Part shown: positions 38,693 to 48,337 of the stretch, one piece after another
Numbering within the stretch: position 1 is the first letter of the stretch
How the letters are laid out: each line of letters starts with the position of its first letter
The notes under the pieces: generated by a model
Databases searched by the model: none
What the model saw: only the letters and a program-made list of their open reading frames with translations
Told to the model about the DNA's origin: nothing
Program-made: the position numbers and the translations under genes
NCBI GenBank assembly: GCA_964234715.1
Contig: OZ174279.1
Source: Podarcis melisellensis
Lineage: Eukaryota
DNA length: 64,000 nt
Reading direction: 5' to 3' (one strand)

Positions 38693-40187
38693 TATTGGAC
38701 AATAATTGGATTTGTAGTGAATTATTATATAGCATATAATAATTATATAGCATATAATAATTACCAAGAGACCTTCAACATCCATCATTTTGTTGATCAT
38801 CACAAAGTCCTTGCTAGATAGGCTGATGTTACCTTTAACTATTGTGTTAGAACTGGTAGTACTGAATAATGCAATAGGCCATTCAATTTGAGAACCTGTT
38901 TTTCCCCCAACAGATGGGAGAAGAATACCAGTAATCAATGGCTTGTATTTTCTTGGATATTTTCTTGTGAACCTAAATCTGGATCAGAACATTTAGATCT
39001 TGTTTTAGGAGGAAGTCCATCCCTCTTCACCAAAACAAAGACATCTCCATCATCATTGCCATAAAGGTTTGCTCATTTATTCCCGTTTCTTCTTTCAGGA
39101 ACATGAGGATGATTTCCTGCATAATTTTTACCTATCAAGAGTAACAATATAGATACATTTTAATGCTGATTTATTGAACAAGACACCCTGCTCTTACATG
39201 GAGTTCCCAGTGGTCTCTCAAATTAGTGGTCAGGTCCAAACTCGATTAGCTTCAGAATGCAATAACTTCTGGTATCCACAGTCCATATACCAGGTCCCAT
39301 TTACAATATTTACAGTCTACTGAATGTTTACATATGGCATTGGAGTGATGCTCTTACTTGGCTACAGCCATTCATAAGCAGAAACTGTTTTCAATGAAAA
39401 GTGTTACCTAGGGCCAGCCTTTCAATTAGAGAAGTGTGATATCTGCCTCAAAAGTACAAGTCTTGCAAAAACTGGCTGACGAATGAACAGCAGCTGGCTG
39501 CCTCTCAATACTGACACCCTCAAATTTAGCTTCATGAAGCCCTGGGATTCTGAGGAAGTTGGGAATGCAGTGCAGAAGTCCTGCTGTTGCCTGACTGGGA
39601 TTGGGAAGGGGATACAAGGAAACCAGTGGTGCTGGGGTGGCATGTCCAGGTTGGGAAGAGGAGAAGGGTGTGGTTCACAGAGCTGTCTTCTAGAGAGGAC
39701 ACAGGATGGTTTGCTTTATGTACATTTTGGGAACTTGTTTTCAGTTTAGCTCATGTGAGGACCTGCAACGGAATGTTGCAATGCACCCCCCACTTAGTGC
39801 AAGTGGGCTTTTCTCCTGGGCTTTAACCACCCTGGAACAAGAACTTTATAGTCGTGTTGAGCTGAGGGCTCTGAGAAGTGGTGAGAAAGTTCTCTGGAAA
39901 GCATAAGGACAGTATTCCCTTTCTTCACTTTCTTACTCTCTGCAAACTTTCCACTGTAGTACTACATGATGCTAGCCCTGAACCTGAGCTGCTTATTGCC
40001 AAATAGTGGTGAGCATAGTGGGAAGGTTTCTGCAAAAAGGAACTGTGTCCTTTTTCATTCTCTTCCTCCAGGCCTCCCCTTGATGGGAATGATATGTATG
40101 CTACTCTGAACTCCTTAGAGAAGATATTAAACTGAGCTTGATCCAGTTTCTTCCAAAATTGGTGGGTGCTACTTTTGGCTTACTTAC

Positions 40188-40441
40188 CAGCATGTAGGTA
40201 TTTTTTGCTGGCTGGAATCCCTCTTTCAATGGGGCAGAACAGTCCCTCATGGTAGAAGGCATTGTATTGCTTGGGGGTATACAACTGAGGAGCTCCTGCC
40301 TATCTCCTCAAAATTCACATTGAAGTCCATTCTTTCATGCAACTCCAGTTCTTTCAAGTTCAGTAAACGAGAGTTCCAGAGTTATTTATTGTTGTGCCTT
40401 TGCCTCTTGGTGACTTTTGGGGTCTCCTGCATAACATATTG
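40188..40441 (-). pseudogene. NODAL: NODAL (Nodal1 paralogue) pseudogene, 3' part of exon 2: prodomain end, degenerate furin site and N-terminal half of the mature TGF-beta domain
   Basis: Minus strand reads QYVMQETPKVTKRQRHNNK*LWNSRLLNLKELELHERMDFNVNFEEIGRSSSVVYP[+1]KQYNAFYHEG[-2]DCSAPLKEGFQPAKNTYML|GTAAGT. Human NODAL reads KRHRR…[52 protein letters not shown]|GT. Same phase-0 intron position, and same position and orientation (tail-to-tail with EIF4EBP2) as mammalian NODAL. Confidence 0.9.
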
Positions 40442-41240
40442 GCAGTGGATATGCTGGGCCGTTATCTTGCCTTGGTAATGGGACTGGATTAGATCCAACA
40501 AACTGAAGCTCAAATCAGATAAAGACTGTTAGTGGGCAGTTCCATAGACTGGATGGATGAGAAGTTTGCCTGCTCTTGGTCACATGAATCACGTTAGATG
40601 GAATAAGGCAAAATGCAGTGAGCAGCTCAAACCCCAACCCATGTACAATATATGAGAAATATTCTTGATGCCCTGTGTTGACAGATGAAAGTTGGAACGC
40701 TGCTTATTTTGGGACTTGGATGTGGGCATCAGCAGGATGATATCACCTATGCTGATTTTGCACCTCAGTCTCCAGCTATTAATTAGGAAACTCAGTGAAA
40801 GTGTCTGCATGGCTAACAGTGAACTTCCACATTTGGCATGTTGTCAGGGGAGAAAAAGCCCTTCAAATGACGCTTCCTGTGCTTTGGCATGTTTTCTACT
40901 GCACTGAACTGAGAGCACATCCTGTGTGGTCTCAACTTGAGCGTGCCCTTGCCAAACTCAGTGTAGCAGTTCCTGCTTCAGTTATTCTGCTTACTCTCTT
41001 AAGTAAAATACAACAGGAACAGGTGCCTGTGGAGTGTGTGCGTGGGAAGGGGAGATAAAGGGAGAGGTGAAAGAGAGAGACCCATCCTCACCTTAATTCA
41101 ACACTGGCCTTCACCTGGCACCATCACCTTGCCTTGTCCGACTCCTTCTTCCCAAGGACTTCCGCCCAGTCAAGACGATGACATTTGCTTACTGTATGGT
41201 GGCACTTTTGGGGAAGGGCGCCCCACTAAAGGCTCACCAT

Positions 41241-41405
41241 CAGGGGGGACAACTTGAATAAAAATGGGGGGGGGAGCTGAGCCCCGCCCTGTGTCGTTGA
41301 TTACATGATATGGTGCATGCACACTATTTGAACGGCGATGTCCATCAACTTTGGGGGGCTCTATCCCCCTCAAATATTGGGGGGGCTGAAGGGACCTTGG
41401 CCCCT
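41241..41405. repeat. Dispersed repeat homologous to 14997-15190, inside putative NODAL intron 1
   Basis: Same shared blocks as 14997-15190. Confidence 0.7.
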
Positions 41406-41419
41406 GTACACACCGTATA

Positions 41420-41970
41420 AGATGGCACAGCTGAGGAGGAAGAAAAGGAGAAGCGTCCTTCCCTTCCCTGCTTGGCCTGCAGCCTCACCGGGCTCCTCGG
41501 GCTCCTCCTCCGGCCACTTTTTGCGCCAGTCCCGCCGAGAGAAGGTGCAGCCGCCACCGCTTCCTCCTCCTCCTCCTCCTCCGCAAGGATTGCCAGGGTC
41601 GTGCTGACCAGCGGCGGCGGCGGCGCCTCCCCTGCCCTGACTTGCCGCTTCTGTTTCGCCGGCCCTGCGAGCTACGCGCGCAAGGCGCCAAAACTGAAAG
41701 GGGAGAAAGCGCACAGGGGAAAGCGGGGAGGATTGGAGATCTGCAGGCTTGGGGGGGGGAGGGGGGTGCAGCAAAACAGTGAAAGGGGGAGAGCAGGCTA
41801 GACTTTCACCAAAACGGAGACGACGAATACATTTTTGTCCCACCTATCAGCTTCTGAAAATATCATCCACTTGCTCTTGGACTCTTCGACTTCTTCCTAC
41901 GCGGAGAGGCAGACAGCCCTCCCGCCTCCCTCGCGAATATCGCTTGCGTCATTTGCTGCCTCAGTCCCGG
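41420..41970. promoter_or_regulatory. Orphan CpG island inside the NODAL relic
   Basis: CpG-dense, (GGC)n and (CCT)n runs, E2F-like TTTGGCGC and GGCGGGA motifs; no recognisable protein. Confidence 0.6.
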
Positions 41971-43294
41971 CGTAATTATTCCTTATTTTAGCAAAGAAAA
42001 GGCATATGCATTATAAAAGCCCATGGCACCAACCATGTCTGAGGGAACCAAACAGTTGTCGGGACCCATTTGGTAAAGACAAAAAATGTAGGGTCCTTTA
42101 AGTCATCCCAATGAGGACTGAGCAAATGTGAGCTGACTGCGGAATAGCGCTGGATTTCGGGCCGTGCAGGACAAGCCCAGGGGGCACATCCTCCTCCTCT
42201 ATTTATAGGGTGTACCAAATTTTGTCTTTGCTCAGGGTGCCATATTACCAAGGTCCACCTGGGGGCAGGGAATGAGAAGTAAGGAGTTTGGCTGAGATCC
42301 TTACTTAGGCCCCACTTTCCTTCTTCAGCATCCCTGGATTTATCACCAGAGTCTCCTGCTGCACCAAATCCTCTGTTCCCTAGCACCCTCCTTCGATGCC
42401 CTCAGAATGCCTCCTCCATAATCCCTCTCCTCACAATATTGCACCTTCATAAATCCTGAGCTCACAAACTTCTATTGCTGCTTTCCCACCTGAACTCCAG
42501 GTGAAAATCATTGTATATAGTTTTATGTTCAAGAATTGCCTCATCCACTCTTACGGATTCAAAACTCCCTTCACCTTGGATCTTTCACAATTGTGCCACA
42601 GGCCTACATTTCTCAACTTTTTAGCAATAAACTCCCTGCGTTGTCTTCCTCCTGGCCTAGAAGTCTGTTATCACTATAATCAATTTAACCACAACTCTCG
42701 CAACAATCTCTCCAATCCCACACCAAATTCCCTTTCTCCAGATTCTCCTGCATGTCATAGCAAGAAACAATACCTTCCTGACTCATCCTCACAGCCTCCA
42801 TGGTTCTCTGATTCACTTTATACCCTCACACCCTCCATAGCTTTGAATTTATTTTCAGGATGCAACTTTACATTATTAATTATATAATAACACCCTTTAA
42901 TATAAATATTTCCAGGGCTTCAGACACTCTTAATAAAAGCAATAAAGCAACAAACAGATATAACAAAAAGAGAAAATTGTAGAATCAGAATTTTTTAAAA
43001 AGCAAAGCCTGGGAAAATAACAAGGGGTTTGCTGGGGTGTCAGAAATAGTGAAAATTGGGTGGGATGTTTGCCCTAGGGAAAGCATCACCACTGATATGT
43101 CTCTTCAATAGACACCTGCCTCAGTTTAGATGGCAGGGACACACAAAGAGTATCTCTGAGGATGACCTCAGTTCACAGGCAGGGTGGCGGGACAGTAGGC
43201 AATCCTTCAGCTGCCCAGATCCAAACATTTGAAGCAAGGTGCGGAACCTCTGGCCCTCCAGATGTTGCTTGATTGTTACAATTATCAGTTTCGA

Positions 43295-44334
43295 TGACTG
43301 TGTTGACCACAGCAAACTATGGCAAGTTCTTAAAGAAATGGGAGTGCCTGATCACCTCATCTGTCTCCTGAGAAATCTCTTATGTGGGACAAGAAGCTAC
43401 AGTTAGAACTGGATATGGAACAACTGATTGGTTCAAAATTGGGAAAAGAGTATGACAAGGCTGTATATTGTCTCCCTGCTTATTTAACCTATATGCAGAA
43501 TTCATCATGCGAAAGGCTGGGCTGGATGAATCCCAAGCCGGAATTAAGATTGCCGGAAGAAATATCAACAACCTCAGATATGCAGATGACACAACATTGA
43601 TGGCAGAAAGTGAGGAGGAATTAAATAACCTTTTAATGAGGGTGAAAGAGGAGAGTGCAAAATATGGTCTGAAGCTCAACATCAAAAAACCGAAGATCAT
43701 GGCCACTGGTCCCATCACCTCCTGGCAAATAGAAGGGGAAGAAATGGAGGCAGTGAGAGATTTTACTTTCTTGGGCTCAATGATCACTGCAGATGGTGAC
43801 AGCAGCCACGAAATTAAAAGACGCCTGCTTCTTGGGAGAAAAGCAATGACAAACCTAGACAGCATCTTAAAAAGCAGAGACATCACCTTGCCAACAAAGG
43901 TCCGTATAGTTGAAGCTATGGTTTTCCCAGTAGTAATGTATGGAAGTGAGAGCTGGACCATCAAGAGGGCTGATCGCCAAAGAATTGATGCTTTTGAATT
44001 ATGGTGCTGGAGGAGACTCTTGAGAGTCCCATGGACTGCAAGAAGATCAAACATGTCCATTCTTAAGCAAATCAGCCCTGAGTGCTCACTGGAAGGACAG
44101 ATCCTGAAGCTGAGGCTCCAGTACTTTGGCCCCCTCATGAGAAGAGAAGACTCCCTGGGAAAGACCCTGATGTTGGGAAAGATGGAGGGCACAAGGAGAA
44201 GGGGAAGACAGAGGAGGAGATGGCTGGACAGTGTTCTTGCAGCTACCAGCATGAGTTTGACCAAACTGCGGGAGGCAGTGGAAGATAGGAGTGCCTGGCG
44301 TGCTCTGGTCCAACAACAACAACAAACAACAACA
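43295..44334 (+). mobile_element. BovB (RTE-clade) LINE, 5'-truncated and inactivated, 3' part of reverse transcriptase
   Basis: DCVDHSKLWQVLKEMGVPDHL…QGCILSPCLFNLYAE…NNLRYADD…FELWCWRRLLRVPWTARRSN. One +1 frameshift (~43380) and an in-frame TGA (~43453). Ends in a (CAA)n tail. Confidence 0.95.
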
Positions 44335-44489
44335 TGCTTTCTGGCAAACGAGTAAATCTGCACATCCAAGTTTCTGAAGCCACGTCCATCCTTCGGCGGT
44401 TCAAAACATGCACTGAGCTTTAGGTTTAAGTTCTGCATAATGAGGTGTGTGCAAAGAAAGAAAGAAAGAAAGAAAGAGAGGAAAGGAGG

Positions 44490-45260
44490 GGCGGTTCCGA
44501 GTGCTGCTTTTTCGTGGGACGGGCACAAGAGCAGTAGCTGAAAAGAGCCATCTGTCTGCGCCGGGAAACAGCTGCAGCAGCTGGCAAAGCGCAGCCGGCT
44601 GCGCATGTCCCTCCCTCCGCCGCCGGCGCTTTTGTGCGCACATTTGTAGCCAAGCGAGGGCGGCCGGTGAGCCTGAGGGGGTTCCGTCCGCGGGAGAAGA
44701 AGCGGCGATCGGAACCTGGAGCTAGGGCAAGAGGCAGGAACTCCGCCCGGCTCCTTGTTTGGGGAGGAGCGCGCGGCAGTGGATGCGCCCCGGGCTCTGG
44801 GGAGGAGGAGGAGGAGGAACAAAAGGCTGGCCCAGGCGGCGCCCCTCGGCGCAGCTCCTCTCTCCAGAGCCGGCAGGGGATGCCGTCCCTCCGGTGAGTG
44901 AGTCCCCTCCTTTGGTGCTCCGCCTTTTGGGTCCGTCCCGCCGCCCTCGCTCCCCGCGTCTCCTGGCGAGCTGGCAGGAAGTGCTGCTGCTGCTGCCGCT
45001 GCTGCCTGAGTCTCGTCTCCATGCACCGGTTTACCGCGAAGAGCCACCGGGAAGGAGGTGAGGCAACAGGGGCCGCCTTGAGTTCCCCAGCTCTCGTGAC
45101 TCCCGCAGCCCGCCGGGGATCGGAGGCCTGCCCTGGCGAGGGCAGCTGTTGGGGCTGAAGGGCAAGATCTCAGCCGTCGCCCCTGCAGACTTTCTTGGAT
45201 GCGAGACGCTCGCTGGCTTGGCGAAGGGAACCTCGCGTTGGCATCCCGGCGCGCTTCATG
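44490..45260 (+). promoter_or_regulatory. PALD1: CpG island, probable PALD1 promoter and non-coding first exon (donors at 44894 and 45058)
   Basis: CpG island with GC boxes and plus-strand donors CCG|GTGAGT and GAG|GTGAGG. Assigned by synteny only (EIF4EBP2-NODAL-PALD1 order); the PALD1 MGTTAS start was not found in the window. Confidence 0.6.
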
Positions 45261-46818
45261 CCTACTCGTAAGTAAACCCCACGGGGCTCATTGCAGCTGG
45301 CTGCCTAGGAAGGGGTGCTTGGGGTTGCAGCCTCACAGCAGGCTAGTCCATACATGTTTACTCGGAAGTAAGTTTCCTTCAGTGGGACTGAATTGGGTTC
45401 GTGTCCTATTGCATGCATGCATACTCTGAATGGGCAGCATGTGTGCGATCCAATATTTTTCCTTTAAAAAAACACCAAAACACCCCATTCCTGGTCGGAG
45501 ACCAAAAGGCATTGTTAAATTAGGCATTGTTCCACGGTTTCCTTTGCATAGGTAGGGGAAGGTGTGGGTGCAATTCTCTGTGTGGGTCTCTAAGGCAGTC
45601 ATCTCCATCCTGACCTCTCCAGATACCTTGGAGTACCAGTTCCCATCAGCCACAGCCAGTGGGGTCAGTGGTCAGGGGTGATGGGAGTTGTGGTCCAGAA
45701 CATCTGGAGGGCACCAGGTTGGGGAAGGCTGCGTAGAGGGTATGAGCCTCACTTTGGAAGAGACACAGAGCGAAAGGTGCTGTGTTCAAAACCTAGGCAC
45801 TCTCTTACATACAATGGTGTGTTAGTTTGTGGCCATCATCTAGAAATAACTAATGTGAATCTCAGTAGGATCTGCGTTTTTTTGTATGTGTGTTTAGGAT
45901 CACACAGTGTGTTAAGTGGTGGTTAGTGCATGGCTAAAAGAATTCACATATGTATTATGGTTGGTGTTTTTACTCAGAGTAGAACTACTGAAGTTAATCA
46001 GCCTAACTTAGCCGTGTTCATTTATTTCAGTGGGCCTATTCTTAGTGAAACTTAGTGGAATGCCACCCTGTTCTGTTCTGATCTCTTGCCTCATGCCTAC
46101 TGTTTTAAGCACTTCTTTGTTCACACAGTCAATGGGGCTGTCTTATTTCTCTGCAACAGCCTGATAATCCACAATGTTGCTAACTGGGGGGGGGGGGAAG
46201 CCACCTTCCTAGAAAATTGAGCCGTCTCTGCTTCATTTGCTTTCATTTTGACTCTTCAGCCTTTACCCTAAAAATATATACAGTATATCTTCCCAAAAAT
46301 ACCCTCAGGGAAAAAAGAAGAAAACATTCCACATCTCCCCGTGGGATCCCTGATGGAATCAGGACTCTTTAGTCTAGCACAAAAGCCTTGCAACCAGAGG
46401 AGGCAGTTCCTTCCATTAGGAAGGAAATAGGTTTGCTTTGCCTTGGGAGTTAGAAGGCCTGCACTGACTGGGAGCGATATTTAGCATTTTCGAGGCTTTC
46501 CCTGCTAGACTTGGCCATGTACCAAACCACGTTGTGTGCTTACTGCATGAGTCTTCTCCAAATGCAACTGTAATTTCTTTGCTTCACTTGCTATGCTGCA
46601 AGATACAAATGGACACGATCATAATAGAAAACCCTTACTGAGTCAGCACAGGCGGCTGTTGGTTTCCATGGCATGGCTTCTGCTTTTACTTAAATACAGT
46701 ATAAATGGGTGCATCCAGACCTGTGATGTATTGCCCAATCTCCATCCCCTGACATGTCTCTGTCGCTCCTTTCTAGGTGAATTTTCTCACAGCAGCGCCT
46801 GCTTCTTCTTATAGAGCT

Positions 46819-46858
46819 CCTAACCCTAACCCTAACCCTAACCCTAACCCTAACCCTA
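46819..46858. repeat. Interstitial telomeric repeat (CCCTAA)~6.7
   Basis: Perfect vertebrate telomere hexamers. Confidence 0.95.
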
Positions 46859-48079
46859 CTGCAATTGTTGTGGACCAGTCTTTCTGAACACTTCTTCTCT
46901 TCCCAGCCACTGACAGTGTTTGCACATAATGCTAAGCCAGCATCCGCCAGCCTTTTGGAGCCTGTGGGCACCTTTGGAGTTTTGAGAGAGTCTCATGGGC
47001 AATATTCCCTCTGGTTGCTTCTCTCTTCCACACCCCCCATGTTCCCCCTACAGAGAAAAAGAGATTTCCTTTGCATAGGTAGGGGAAGGTGTGGGTACAA
47101 CTGGGGTCCAGGTAAAAGTAGGATCCCGTGGAATTAAAAACAAATCCTCTTGAATTCGCATAACTTTACAAGGAGACTCCAAAAAGCACACTGCAAGATG
47201 GAAGTTTACAATGGTAATAAGGCATTTTAGAGCCTGTGCCTACTATTAACGGGGGGGGGGGGGACATTGATCCTCCTGGATATTCATGACATAAGATGGC
47301 AGCAACACCATCAACAAATGACAGAAGTCATCTGTAGACAATAGAAGAGACCTATGATTTAACAGAGGTTTTGAGTGGATCCCTTGTAAAAAAAAAGTTA
47401 TGAGGATCAAAAGGATTCATGTATCAAGGCCATGTTTTTTGCAGGTCATTCAATGGAGATGTGATTTCAGGGTGGTTTGGTGGGGATGGAGGGGAGGCAG
47501 GATCCATGGGGAGATTATTCCATTTCAATATTATTCAATTTACTGTGTAAATTGCACCTGCCTTAGTTCTCTGGCATTCCCTCTTTTCCCTCTCTGGCAC
47601 TGTCTCCCTCTTGACTCCTGCAACACTCAGCTTGGTCTTCTTTGCCTCCCCTCCGATCACTGTTTTCCTCCCCCCCCCCCCGGCCGCTCAAACCCTTTCT
47701 CTCCTGCCCTTCTTAGTTGCTCCAGTTTCTGCTCAGGTGCCGCTCTGGGCCTTGAGAAGCATATAGAGCTGAAAGAGGAAGTGGGAAAGGGGACCACTCT
47801 TCCCATGCTTGCTTTCATCTGTATGTGCTTCACAAGAAGAAAGGTAACCCTTGCCCCTTCACCAGGAAGTGCGGAGGACAAGCAATAGAGTGTGCAGAAG
47901 CTTTGTGTGCACCAGGGAAAGTCTTCAAGGGTGCCATTGTGCCCGAGGGCATCATGTTGGGGACCCCATAAATATGGTTTAGTAAGCCACAATGTGCATA
48001 AGCTGTGTCCTGAGCACTCCTGCTTTGCGCCTGTCTTTGCACAAATGGGTAAACAAACCATGATGGGGATAGCTTACCA

Positions 48080-48337
48080 CAGGGATCAGCAAACTTTTTC
48101 AGCAGGGGGCCAGTCCACTGTCCCTCAGACCTTGTGAGGGGCCAGACTATAATTTTTTTGGGAGGGGGGGGGAATGAACGAATTCCTATGCCCCACAAAT
48201 AACCCAGAGATGCATTTTAAATAAAAGCATACATTCTACTCATGTAAAAACACACTGATTCCCGGACCGTCCGCGGGCCGGATTTAGAAGTTGATTGGGC
48301 CGGATCCGGCTCCAGGGTCTTCGTTTGCCTACCCATG
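48080..48337. mobile_element. hAT-type MITE
   Basis: CAGGGATCAGCAAAC / GTTTGCCTACCCATG termini; TSD gctta(c/g)ca. Confidence 0.8.

Larger units (their letters stand above)
39448..42207 (-). pseudogene. NODAL: Inferred full extent of the decayed NODAL locus (traces of exons 1-3)
   Basis: Anchored on the clear exon-2 remnant. Weak traces: TATAAATA 42207-42200, DDIFRS 41867-41850, W…AELR 40829-40763, CC…LYF 39492-39451. Confidence 0.5.

Noticed and set aside
39361-39373. Possible terminal E-C-G-C of NODAL exon 3 (gaa t ggc tgt)
   Set aside because: Needs a deletion and lies ~77 nt after LYF rather than ~48; too weak.
41041-41048. RBPJ site CGTGGGAA in putative NODAL intron 1
   Set aside because: Single motif; the known node enhancer is upstream with paired sites, and similar motifs occur elsewhere in the window.
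43380-45047. 555-aa minus-strand ORF
   Set aside because: Antisense frame of the BovB RT joined to GC-rich promoter sequence.
46166-46173. FoxH1 site AATCCACA as a surviving NODAL enhancer
   Set aside because: Single 8-mer beyond the PALD1 island with no partner site; expected by chance in 64 kb.
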